A DNA stretch of 64,000 nt from a virus (Duplodnaviria > Heunggongvirae > Uroviricota > Caudoviricetes): the IMG/VR virus record IMGVR_UViG_3300045253_000164, positions 26,314-90,313 of that record; one strand, 5' to 3'. The notes under the pieces were generated by a model. The model worked only from the letters and a program-made list of their open reading frames with translations. It made no database searches and was not told the DNA's origin. This document shows, in pieces, positions 37,370 to 46,206 of this stretch. Position 1 is the stretch's first letter. Every line of letters starts with the position of its first letter. Made by a program: the position numbers and the translations under genes.

Positions 37370-38376
37370 GCCAACAACTCCACCAGCCGCGCCACATACA
37401 GCGCCCTGGCCTCGCTGGTGTGCCACTGCGCAAACCAAGCGTGTCCAGCCTTGGCGATGTCCAACGCCCGCTGCGGCTCGTGAATCAACGATTCCACTGC
37501 GGCGCCCACCGCCTCTGGAGTGAGCGCGTACACACAATGCACGCCGTCCACGAACGGCTTCGGAATCTGGATCCTCGGGGATTCGATCACCTGGCACACA
37601 GCATAGGCAAATTGCTCCCAGACACGATTGCAGTCCCAGTTCTGGACGTAGGGGAAGCCGTTCCACGAAATCCCCACCAGCGCCTCGGTCATCTGGGTGT
37701 GGTAGTCGACCGGCAGCAGGTTGGTGGCGCGGCTCGTGTGGAGACCGACGTTCAACGTGTCGCCGTACGGCATCCTCCGGCGCAGGTCATCGACGATTTG
37801 CCGCCGCACGGCGCCGGCGCCGTCGAGCGTGTCGCCATGGCCGCTCGCATGGTAGAAAACCCGTACTAGCTTGTGCACCGGCGCCTGAGGGATACGACTA
37901 GCCGGATACATCAGCGGCAGCGGCAACGCCCAGGTCGCGCCGATCGGGAGCTCGCGCTTGAAGTGCGCGGTCAGCGGCCGTCCCGCGAGCGAGCGGTACC
38001 AGTCGCCGTTGTTGACACCGAAGGCGTCGCCCAGATCGCAGGCAATCACCGGCTTGGTGCGAGGCCACGCGCGCAGCAACGGCTCATGCGCGCGCATGTG
38101 ATGGTCACCGGGTTGCGTGGCGATGCAGAGCACGTCACAGCCATCCATGACGTCCATCGCCGTATGCCCCTTGCGCGGCCAGTCCTGGTCGGAGTCGTAA
38201 GGGCACTCTCGGCACACCGGACACTCCGCCGTCTCACGTGGTCGGTGCAGGGAATCGGACTCCGGCACCGCAAACACGTTGTCGATGCCGAGCGTGGCGT
38301 AGAAGCCACCCAGCAGGAAGTCCGCGCCCAGGTCGTGAGAGTGGGCGCGCGGGGACATGAGGTAGAGGACGCGCAT
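37366..38376 (-). CDS. GT-B-like putative glycosyltransferase paralogue (family of 3)
   Basis: 336 aa MRVLYLMSPRAHSHDLG...AGHAWFAQWHTSEARALYVARL; paralogue of 31715..32722 and 44661..45644. Confidence 0.35.
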   Translation of the reverse strand: MRVLYLMSPRAHSHDLGADFLLGGFYATLGIDNVFAVPESDSLHRPRETAECPVCRECPYDSDQDWPRKGHTAMDVMDGCDVLCIATQPGDHHMRAHEPLLRAWPRTKPVIACDLGDAFGVNNGDWYRSLAGRPLTAHFKRELPIGATWALPLPLMYPASRIPQAPVHKLVRVFYHASGHGDTLDGAGAVRRQIVDDLRRRMPYGDTLNVGLHTSRATNLLPVDYHTQMTEALVGISWNGFPYVQNWDCNRVWEQFAYAVCQVIESPRIQIPKPFVDGVHCVYALTPEAVGAAVESLIHEPQRALDIAKAGHAWFAQWHTSEARALYVARLVELLA

Positions 38377-38377
38377 T

Positions 38378-38692
38378 CTACTTCGTCAGCTCAGCCAATC
38401 GCTCGCGCAGACCTGGGAGTCGTGCGGCCTGCTTCTCGACAAATTCAATCTGCGCGGTCACTACACACATTTCGCACCAGGCCACTGGACGACACCCATG
38501 AGCAAACTCCAACGCTGACAACTGTTCGCCGCTCCACCACTTTGTGCCTGGTCGCGTCTTGCAATTCCCGCAAAGTGCCTGTCCGTCAGGTTTTCTGAAG
38601 TAGGCCTCCTGGGGAATGTACGACCCCACATCAACCACGTAACCCGCCTGCGCGCCGCTGGCCGTTATCTGCCCCACCGAGTAATCGCTCAC
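38378..38692 (-). CDS. small Cys-containing hypothetical protein
   Basis: ~104 aa from GTG 38692 (GTGA overlap with the upstream stop); CGNC...CEMC. The 5' part of the tracked ORF overlaps the next gene and is rejected. Confidence 0.25.
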   Translation of the reverse strand: MSDYSVGQITASGAQAGYVVDVGSYIPQEAYFRKPDGQALCGNCKTRPGTKWWSGEQLSALEFAHGCRPVAWCEMCVVTAQIEFVEKQAARLPGLRERLAELTK

Positions 38693-39624
38693 CGCAGCCC
38701 CATCCCTTCCAGCACCCGCCGCAACCGATGCTGATACGAGTCGCGCCCGCGCACCAACTCGTACGCCCGCTGCGCCATGCCGCCGTCGCCTTCCCGTCGG
38801 AGTCGACGCACGGTGTCGATGAGCCACTCGGGATCCGGCATCCCTTCGCCGCCTGGTCCTGGGATGGGATCGAAGCCGATGAAGTGCTCGCCATCGTTGA
38901 ACAGCTTCAGCGTCGACGGGTTCCTGTCGGCAATCACCACGCATCCCATGGCCATCGCCTCGAACACCCGCGTCGTCACGAAGTCCAGCGTAGAGCAACA
39001 ATAGGTGGCGAGGCTGTTCTGATAGGCGCAGGCGTACAGCGGTCCCCAGACATCACCGAAGAAGGTATGGATATCGGGGGCGCGCTCACGCACGGTGTGC
39101 CAGATGTGCTGGCGTGCCTCGCGGGCGCTGGCCAGTTGGACCAGGTCGTATTCGCGGGAGGCGCCGGAGAATGACGCGCAGTACGGCGGGATCCAGTGCT
39201 CGTCGGCGTCGAACGCCTTGGGCAGCCACTGCACGCCGGCGTCTGCGCCGTTGCACATGATCTCCGCGTAGCGATGCGGCGTTAGGCCCCGCGACCATTC
39301 CATCGCGGCGCCTTCGGAGTCGATGTGCGCCCAGGGAATGTCGGGCAGGTCCCCGTCGGCCCAGCGCAGGCCTTCGCCGCCACTGGCAATGATCGCGCAG
39401 TCGAGAGGTTCAGTGAAGTTCAGCACCGCAATTGTCTCGCGCCACGGGACCGGCATGCTCGTATTGAGAAACGCCTGCGGCTCGCGCCCCCGCGTCCCCC
39501 ACGGCTCCTGGTCGCGCCACGGGCCAACGGTAACGACCTCATGACCGAGCTGCCGCAGCGCCCGAAGGTAGTAGTATGGCAACCCGCAGCGCCGGTGCCA
39601 CGTGCCGAGGAGCAGGATTCTCAT
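38689..39624 (-). CDS. GT-B fold glycosyltransferase (GT1/GT4-like, CgeB-like)
   Basis: Start at MRILLLGTWHRRCG (ATG 39624). The C-terminal DFVTTRVFEAMAMGCVVIAD parallels that of 30672..31718. Confidence 0.55.
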   Translation of the reverse strand: MRILLLGTWHRRCGLPYYYLRALRQLGHEVVTVGPWRDQEPWGTRGREPQAFLNTSMPVPWRETIAVLNFTEPLDCAIIASGGEGLRWADGDLPDIPWAHIDSEGAAMEWSRGLTPHRYAEIMCNGADAGVQWLPKAFDADEHWIPPYCASFSGASREYDLVQLASAREARQHIWHTVRERAPDIHTFFGDVWGPLYACAYQNSLATYCCSTLDFVTTRVFEAMAMGCVVIADRNPSTLKLFNDGEHFIGFDPIPGPGGEGMPDPEWLIDTVRRLRREGDGGMAQRAYELVRGRDSYQHRLRRVLEGMGLR

Positions 39625-39781
39625 GTCGTTGGATACCTGTGATACATTCGGCACATCATGTGGGCAGGTAATAACCCACTAACGCCGCCCCACATTGGCT
39701 GCCACGGCCACACAAACCAGCCGCACAAATAGCAAACATGGTTGTGGTAATAGTTCGCGCCGTCCGACCATCCCTGCGATC

Positions 39782-40705
39782 TCACTCCCGCACCTCGGCA
39801 CTGCTGATCCCATCGCTGAGCCCGTGGTAGGCCTTGCTGACCGCCCAGCAATCCACGCCAACGAAGTAGTGCGCGCGGGCCAGCATCTCGAAAAACGCCG
39901 CATCGCCCACGCCGTGTCGATTGTCCTCGCCCCAGTACTCGACATTGTTGGGGCCGTGGACGCGGCCATACTCGACCCACACCAAACACGCCCCCAGACA
40001 GTTGACGCGGTGCATCACCTGGTTGTGATCACAGCGTCCATCGACGCCGTAGCGCATCAACCCAGGACGCCAGAAGCCCTCTTCAACCCAGGATGCGTGC
40101 GTGTCGGGATCCACCCCGTCGTCGTACAGCGCGCGAAAACTCGCGCCGCCGTTCAACGCGGCGCGCGGGCCGGTCGGCAGCGGGAAGTCCGCCGTCAGCG
40201 GCTGCGGAGGCCCGCTGTTCTGCCACTGGTTGCGGGAGCCATCGGCGCCAAACTGCACTGATCGCAGCCGCCCGTACACGACGTGTTCTTGAGGGTGCGC
40301 ATCGAGATACTCGGCCCGCAGTCGGACACTGTGCGGGTGCAGGACGTCATCGTCGCAGAGATACGTCAGGTACCGCTCGTCACGCCGCAGATGATTCAGC
40401 CCGATGTTGATGGTCCTCGAGTAGGGGATCGTCGCCTTGCGCTCGGCCATCGTGCGATCCGGTCCCATCCACCAGGTCACGCGATCGGTGCTCACCGCGA
40501 CGCCGCCGGCGACGTGCTGCTCGGAGTCCCACGCGGTGAGGCCCTGGGCGTCACGAATGGCGGCGCGCGCCTCAGGATTGCAACCGTCGTCGAGCACAAG
40601 TAACCGCCAGCGGTCGCAGTCCTGCGCCAGCACCGAGGCGATCGCCGCCGCCACCATGCGCGGCCGGTTGTAGGTGGTCAGCAGCACCAGGGTGTCGCGG
40701 CTCAT
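39782..40705 (-). CDS. family-2 (GT-A) glycosyltransferase
   Basis: LVLLTTYNRPRMVAAAIASVLAQDCDRWRLLVLDDGCNPEA plus YLCDDDVL (DxD). Start at MSRDT (ATG 40705, ATGA overlap). Confidence 0.7.
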   Translation of the reverse strand: MSRDTLVLLTTYNRPRMVAAAIASVLAQDCDRWRLLVLDDGCNPEARAAIRDAQGLTAWDSEQHVAGGVAVSTDRVTWWMGPDRTMAERKATIPYSRTINIGLNHLRRDERYLTYLCDDDVLHPHSVRLRAEYLDAHPQEHVVYGRLRSVQFGADGSRNQWQNSGPPQPLTADFPLPTGPRAALNGGASFRALYDDGVDPDTHASWVEEGFWRPGLMRYGVDGRCDHNQVMHRVNCLGACLVWVEYGRVHGPNNVEYWGEDNRHGVGDAAFFEMLARAHYFVGVDCWAVSKAYHGLSDGISSAEVRE

Positions 40706-41646
40706 TCCAGCCTCCGCACCATCGTCAGCCCGAAACCCCACGGGAGCGTCAGCACCTCGAACTCCGGGCGCTGCCGCAGCTCGTTCACCACGATCGCCAC
40801 GCCAGTGTCGGCGTTCGTGGCCGCGCCGTTCTCAAAATAGTCGTGCAGCAGACAGAGTCCGTTGACGCGAACGCGGGGCAGGTAGCGCTCGACGTCAGCC
40901 CGCACCTGGGCCTCGCTGTGATCACCATCGATCCAGAGCAGATCGAGCGTCTCGGGCGGCTCAAAGTCGTTGGAGTTGATCACATGCAGCGCCCACCATT
41001 GGCTCAGCTTGGCCTGGTCGACGTAGCACGCGGCCTTCTCGGCAGCCTCTGCGTCGCACTCCAGCGAATGCAGGAGTCCACCTGTCTCGCGCATGGCGTA
41101 GAGCAACGGCATCGTCGAGATGCCTTCACGTACGCCGATCTCCAACACCACTGGCGGTCGTACAGGTCCCCGAGATTCGGGGTCGGGCCAGTTGACCCAC
41201 TTCGCAATGCTGTAGAGCACCAGCAAGTGCGGCCGTGAGTCGTAGAAGTCGCCGGCCTCCGTCCACCAGGCAGTGTCCCGGCTCAGCGCCACGAGCTCGG
41301 CGTCGCCGAACGGGCCGCGCCAGGGAGCGTTGACGCCGCCCCCCGATGGTCGCGGACTCCCGGGGCGTATGGCGCGTTGGAGGTCCACGCGTTCCGCCGC
41401 CAGCGAGAAATCCAGACGTCGTGGCGCGGTCAACGGCGGCGGTAGAATCGTTGCCCGCGTCGGTTGCAGCGTCGGCTGCGCCAAGCTCACCGGCGCCGAG
41501 CGTGGCGCAGGTGTCTGGGCAACGCTAGTCGCGAAGCGCAGGAAGAAGCTGAGGCCTGTGCGGGCGATCAGCTCTACCTGGTCCGGTGCGAAGCGATCGG
41601 CGAAGGTCGATCGCATCGCGGATTCGAATTGCTCGGCGGCGCTCAT
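40702..41646 (-). CDS. class I SAM-dependent methyltransferase (TylF/MycF-like, probable O-methyltransferase)
   Basis: LEIGVREGISTMPLL (motif I), LLWIDGDHSEAQV...LLHDYF. Confidence 0.6.
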   Translation of the reverse strand: MSAAEQFESAMRSTFADRFAPDQVELIARTGLSFFLRFATSVAQTPAPRSAPVSLAQPTLQPTRATILPPPLTAPRRLDFSLAAERVDLQRAIRPGSPRPSGGGVNAPWRGPFGDAELVALSRDTAWWTEAGDFYDSRPHLLVLYSIAKWVNWPDPESRGPVRPPVVLEIGVREGISTMPLLYAMRETGGLLHSLECDAEAAEKAACYVDQAKLSQWWALHVINSNDFEPPETLDLLWIDGDHSEAQVRADVERYLPRVRVNGLCLLHDYFENGAATNADTGVAIVVNELRQRPEFEVLTLPWGFGLTMVRRLE

Positions 41647-41873
41647 CGCGGATGTCCAGCGTCACAGGCCCACGACGTGGAGCTGCCGACCTCGAAGGCG
41701 TCGTGGGGCCACCACGAGGCACGAATTGGTACGACGGTGATCGATGTACCGTGCGTCAACTCCCTCGCGAGGAAATAGCGCGCGCGGGACACAACGCAGA
41801 AGTCTGCTCCTGGATGCGCAGCCAGCGCGGCACAGAGCCGTTCGCGGAACACTTCGTCGGTCATCTGGTCCAT
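41643..41873 (-). CDS. hypothetical protein
   Basis: 76 aa, translationally coupled between the two MTase paralogues. Confidence 0.35.
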   Translation of the reverse strand: MDQMTDEVFRERLCAALAAHPGADFCVVSRARYFLARELTHGTSITVVPIRASWWPHDAFEVGSSTSWACDAGHPR

Positions 41874-41876
41874 GGG

Positions 41877-42674
41877 CTACAGCTCCACAATCCGGTCGTC
41901 CGGCTCGAAGGCCGGCGACAACACCCGCACCAACGTCAGGCCGAATGAAAACGGTAGTGTCAAGATCTCATAGCACCCCGTCTGCCGCAGCTGTTCCACG
42001 GCGGCGCTGACGTAGCTCGGGAACGGCGGCTGAATCGGCGGATCGCACGGCCAGGGCTTGGAGTAGTAGTCGTGCAGCGCAATGAGCCCTCCGGGCCGCA
42101 CCTGCGGCACGAAGCGCTCGACGTCCTTGCGCACCTGGTCGAGGCCGTGATCGCCGTCGATCAGCAGGAAGTCCAGCGGCCGCCCCAGCGTTGCGCAGTC
42201 GAAGTCGTCGGAGCGCTGGATGCGCAGGTCCCACCACGGCGTCAGCTGGGCCCGCTCGATGACGTCAGCCGCGGCACGCGCCCAGTCCGGATCACACTCC
42301 AGTGACACCAAGCGCCCATTGGCTTCGCGCATCGCGTGCAGCAGGTTCAACGTGCTGACGCCATGACGCACACCAATCTCCAAGCAGAGCGGTGGTCGTA
42401 GCGGCCGCGGCGCGCGGGGGTCGGGCCAATTGATGTTCCTGGCCAGCGCGTAAAGGATCGGCCCATGCGCACGCACATCGAACCAGTCGTCGACGCTCTT
42501 GCCATCAGGGCCGGTGTTGATGAACGCGCGGGTGTCGCGGCTCAGCGCCAGTAGCATAGCGTCATCCCAGGTGGCGCTGGTGACACTGGCGGACGCAGGG
42601 GGGACCGCTGCGGGCACCGCCACCGATGATGGCGGTGTCCCGCAGCGGAGACGATAGAGGGCGTCGAGGTCCAC
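41877..42674 (-). CDS. class I SAM-dependent methyltransferase (paralogue of 40702..41646)
   Basis: CLEIGVRHGVSTLNLL, FLLIDGDHGLDQV...ALHDYY. Confidence 0.6.
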   Translation of the reverse strand: MDLDALYRLRCGTPPSSVAVPAAVPPASASVTSATWDDAMLLALSRDTRAFINTGPDGKSVDDWFDVRAHGPILYALARNINWPDPRAPRPLRPPLCLEIGVRHGVSTLNLLHAMREANGRLVSLECDPDWARAAADVIERAQLTPWWDLRIQRSDDFDCATLGRPLDFLLIDGDHGLDQVRKDVERFVPQVRPGGLIALHDYYSKPWPCDPPIQPPFPSYVSAAVEQLRQTGCYEILTLPFSFGLTLVRVLSPAFEPDDRIVEL

Positions 42675-42681
42675 GGCTTAT

Positions 42682-43032
42682 TCAGACCGTCCAGATTTCC
42701 ACGTCCACCTGCGTCGCCGCGGTGATGGGTAGCGTGATGATGGACGGGCGCGACGGCGTCGGTCCCTGCTGAGGCACCGGCATTTTGTTCTGTGGGGTCC
42801 ATGTCTTGCCGTCGGGTGTCTTGACGATCACGTTCATTTCGCTCGCGCTGCTGGCCTTGATGACCTGATACTGCGCGACCGCGGACAGCGGGTTCAGCAC
42901 GGCGAGTGTCGTCGTGTCCATCGCTACCCACGAGAACGTCGTGCCCGAAGGGAGATCACGGCGGCTGCCGTCCGACATGACCGCGACCGCGCGGACGCTG
43001 ACGACCTGACCGAGTTGCAAAAGGGTGCTCAT
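42682..43032 (-). CDS. bacterial Ig-like (Big_2-like) domain protein
   Basis: 116 aa; LQLGQVVSVRAVAVMSDGSRRDLPSGTTFSWVAMDTTTLAVLNPLSAVAQYQVIKASSASEMNVIVKTPDGKTW fits the Big_2 pattern. Confidence 0.45.
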   Translation of the reverse strand: MSTLLQLGQVVSVRAVAVMSDGSRRDLPSGTTFSWVAMDTTTLAVLNPLSAVAQYQVIKASSASEMNVIVKTPDGKTWTPQNKMPVPQQGPTPSRPSIITLPITAATQVDVEIWTV

Positions 43033-43035
43033 GAC

Positions 43036-43428
43036 TTACTCCTTCTCCCGCAGCAAGCGGGGCTGTAGTTGCGTGATTCGAGACGCGTGCCATTGACCGC
43101 GGCGCTGACGTTCCGCCATGAAGGCGTCGGCAACGTCGAACGCGGCGATCACGATCAGCTCGCTGGCGCGCTCGGCTCCGACCGCCTGTTTCGCAGCGGT
43201 CGCAAGCTCCGGATCAGTAGCCATGCGTGCCAGCAGCACCATGGCGCACTCGTCGCGGAGCGCAGTGTCGGGGTCGTGGCCGTTGAGAACGGTTCCGGTG
43301 GTAGGGCCTATGCGTTCCATCCTGTCCTTCCTACTCGCGCACCTGCAGGTCGGTCCGATGGCCGTGTGCGTGGTAACAGTCGGAATCGAGCCATCACTCG
43401 CGCCTGCTCGGATCACTTCGGTGTCCAT
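43036..43428 (-). CDS. hypothetical protein
   Basis: Tracked ORF 43036..43542; plausible starts at ATG 43428 or 43320; C-terminal helical region. Confidence 0.3.
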   Translation of the reverse strand: MDTEVIRAGASDGSIPTVTTHTAIGPTCRCASRKDRMERIGPTTGTVLNGHDPDTALRDECAMVLLARMATDPELATAAKQAVGAERASELIVIAAFDVADAFMAERQRRGQWHASRITQLQPRLLREKE

Positions 43429-44338
43429 ACGGATGCCCGTATCGCTTGACCACCACGACGTCCGGGACGCTGTGAAAGGGACCGAGGCCGGCGAGCTCCA
43501 GGCGATAGAACCAGCCAGCGTCAGGACAGTCGAAGCGCTCACCAGGCAACCACGATTCCGAAAACGGCGCGTCGTCTATTTCTTCAAGTTGCCGGATGCG
43601 TCCATGCTCTTCATACCGAAAGATTTCCCGCGTTCGCGTTTCTGGCCATTGCGGAATACTCATCGGCAATCCGGCCAAGCCGCCATAGATGAACCCGTCG
43701 GGACCTGTATGCTCAAGCATGTTCGGTACACGCCGCACCATCGGCATCCCGTGGTCACAGCGGTTGGCGATGCGCGCCACGGGTTCGGCGGAGTAGAAGC
43801 TGTTGCGGTCATGCTTGCACTTGCCAGCGCCCTGAAGGAACGACGGCAAGCTGGGTCGTACCCCAAATTCGCCACAGTCAATCCCCTCAGGCAACGAATG
43901 CAGTCCCATTGCTGGCATGGGCGACTTACAGCTTTCCAGCCGCCCGTAAACCACATTCACCTCGGGATGCTCGATCAAGTACCGCACCCGGACTTCGATG
44001 CTGCCCAGCGTAAGAAAATCATCGTCAGGTAAATAGACCACGAAGTCCCCGTGCACGCACGCCATCGCCGTGTTGATGCAGATGGCGCAGCGCTGACCGT
44101 GCTGGCGCTCCTCCGGCGTCGGCGGCGGTCCAGGCTGGACGCACAACAGGCTGCGACCCTCGGTGAAGCACGAGCCGTACTCGGCGAGCACGTCGTGCAC
44201 AGCGTGATCGCTCCAATCGTCGGCGACAATGACCTCGATGTTCGGCCAGGTCTGCGCGAGGATGCTGTCCAGCGCATCACGGATCAACGTTGGCCGATTG
44301 TACGAGCTGAGTACGACACTGACGAGCGGCTCGTTCAT
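43394..44338 (-). CDS. family-2 (GT-A) glycosyltransferase
   Basis: VSVVLSSYNRPTLIRDALDSILAQTWPNIEVIVADDWSD plus VVYLPDDDFL (DxD). Confidence 0.7.
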   Translation of the reverse strand: MNEPLVSVVLSSYNRPTLIRDALDSILAQTWPNIEVIVADDWSDHAVHDVLAEYGSCFTEGRSLLCVQPGPPPTPEERQHGQRCAICINTAMACVHGDFVVYLPDDDFLTLGSIEVRVRYLIEHPEVNVVYGRLESCKSPMPAMGLHSLPEGIDCGEFGVRPSLPSFLQGAGKCKHDRNSFYSAEPVARIANRCDHGMPMVRRVPNMLEHTGPDGFIYGGLAGLPMSIPQWPETRTREIFRYEEHGRIRQLEEIDDAPFSESWLPGERFDCPDAGWFYRLELAGLGPFHSVPDVVVVKRYGHPYGHRSDPSRRE

Positions 44339-44664
44339 GGCTTCTGCCCGTTCGGCACTTCCCGCACCCAGCCGAGCCCTTGCTGCGCCTGCGTGCGGTA
44401 GAAATCCGCGCGGCCCATGGCGCGAGCGAATTGCTCATCGCTCAGCGGGTAGGGCTGCATCCACTCGCGGCCCTCGGCATCGGCCACCGCTGCCTCGGCC
44501 ACCGCCATGCACCACTGCACCAACTCGCCGGGCTTGGTCGTCAGCGCTGCGGTGTTCGTCGCGGCGGCGCGCAGCAAGTCGAGCACGATACGAAAGCGCA
44601 GGTCGAGCTGGAGGCCCTCGTCGCGGTCGTTGCTGAGGGGACTGCGGAAGTACGGCGTGCTCAT
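44335..44664 (-). CDS. hypothetical protein
   Basis: ~110 aa from internal ATG 44664 (MSTPYF...), ATGA overlap; the upstream part of the tracked ORF is rejected. Confidence 0.35.
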   Translation of the reverse strand: MSTPYFRSPLSNDRDEGLQLDLRFRIVLDLLRAAATNTAALTTKPGELVQWCMAVAEAAVADAEGREWMQPYPLSDEQFARAMGRADFYRTQAQQGLGWVREVPNGQKP

Positions 44665-45644
44665 GCGGCCTCCGGGAGTGTACTGTGAATGGCGCACCAG
44701 ACTGTCTCGGCACGGTGGCGCGTGGTGTGGTGACGGAGCCACCAGGCTTGCGCAACCTCCGCCAAGGCATGGGCGGCTATTGAGTCTGCCAGGAGCTGTT
44801 GCACAATGCGGAGAGCCTTGTCTGCGGTGCGAAACAGCGGAGTGACAATGCCCGACAGGCCCTGAATCCCGCAGGGAGCACCCGCGCGTGGTTGGTGACC
44901 ATCCTCCAACACCGGGCAGCACCCATCCGCGATGATCTCGAGGTGCCGGTTGGTGTGGTAACCAAGCCCCGCCGGCGACACGGCAATCAACGCAGACCGA
45001 TTCGCGGCGTGATTCTCCGCAACGTCCCACCGGGAACCGTCGGGCGGCATGACCACGCCCAGCTCGCGCAACCCTTCGCGCAACTGAGCTCGCGTCGAGT
45101 CCGGCGTGCACCAGTCCCACAGATGGGCTGAGTACACGACAGACGGCTCACGCTCGCCCACGGGCACCTGCCGTGAGGCCGGATAGCCGAAGGGCAGGGA
45201 CGTCGCCCAGTTCGCGCCCACCGGCAGTTCGCGCTTGAAGTACGCCACCGGCGCGGCGCCGAGGCACTCCGTGAACAGCGGCTGCGTGTTGTGCGGGTGG
45301 TCTTCAGCATCGTACGCGACGAGGCGATCGCGGGAGGCGTTCAGCAGCCCGGCACGCGCCCAGCTCCGCAGTTGCGACCGTACCTCGCCACGCACCGTCG
45401 GTACGATCACGGCAGCGAACGTCCCGTCGCGCAGGGCTTGCGCCACACGCTCGGCGCTCCAGTCGTGCTGGGGTCGATGCAGATCGCAGTCGAACGTCGC
45501 CGGAGCACCCTCGGACAGATGCAGCGACGGCTTCGGCGGCCAGTCGATCACGTGACCATCACCGAGCAGCTCGCAGAAGCCGTCGTACAGATAGTCCGGG
45601 CCGTAGTCCGGCGACGGATCGGTAAGAAACAGAATATCAGGCAT
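44661..45644 (-). CDS. GT-B-like putative glycosyltransferase paralogue (family of 3)
   Basis: Start at MPDILFLTDPSPDYG (ATG 45644). It shares the N-terminal and C-terminal (AQAWWLRHHTTRHRAE) signatures with 31715..32722 and 37366..38376. First gene of the island operon. Confidence 0.35.
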   Translation of the reverse strand: MPDILFLTDPSPDYGPDYLYDGFCELLGDGHVIDWPPKPSLHLSEGAPATFDCDLHRPQHDWSAERVAQALRDGTFAAVIVPTVRGEVRSQLRSWARAGLLNASRDRLVAYDAEDHPHNTQPLFTECLGAAPVAYFKRELPVGANWATSLPFGYPASRQVPVGEREPSVVYSAHLWDWCTPDSTRAQLREGLRELGVVMPPDGSRWDVAENHAANRSALIAVSPAGLGYHTNRHLEIIADGCCPVLEDGHQPRAGAPCGIQGLSGIVTPLFRTADKALRIVQQLLADSIAAHALAEVAQAWWLRHHTTRHRAETVWCAIHSTLPEAA

Positions 45645-45882
45645 GGGCGCGCGCCGGGGACCGGCGACCGTGGGTGGGGCCATGTCAAAAGCGCGGGTAA
45701 CGAGAGATGGTTCATGTGTCAAGCGGTTTCCGTGCGATGATCGTAAAGATGGCGCCGTGCAGCGCTGGGAGGACCGGATGCACTTCCCAGATCGACCAAC
45801 CGGCGGACTCCAGGGCGTTCAACTGCTGCTCCAGATAGAGCTGGTCGACGTTGGCTTGGATCTTCCAGGTATACGGCATCGT

Positions 45883-46206
45883 TCACTCCCGCGAGCGCAC
45901 AAAGACGCGGTGCTGGCCCCAGGTCGACGCGGAATCGGTGACCTCGCGAAGTTCGCCAAGTTCAACCATTCGGTCCAACGCGGCCAGCGCGAGCCAGGAG
46001 TCACCGATCATGACGTGGCTCGATTGGAATGCCCCAGCCTTCCCCAACAGGTCCTGGACCTTGTCGCGAATAGCCAGGAAGCTGCGCTGTCCGTCTTCGG
46101 TGAACAGTCGGTCCCGCTGGCCGGCATAGCTGTATCCCGGCCGCTCTGCTTCATGGGCGCGCATGGCGGCAAGCCTCCCTTCTTCTCTGGCAATGGCTTT
46201 GCACAA
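45883..46206 (-). CDS. hypothetical protein upstream of the island
   Basis: 107 aa; its 5' end abuts the GCACAA(A/G)AGC motif cluster. Confidence 0.35.
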   Translation of the reverse strand: MCKAIAREEGRLAAMRAHEAERPGYSYAGQRDRLFTEDGQRSFLAIRDKVQDLLGKAGAFQSSHVMIGDSWLALAALDRMVELGELREVTDSASTWGQHRVFVRSRE

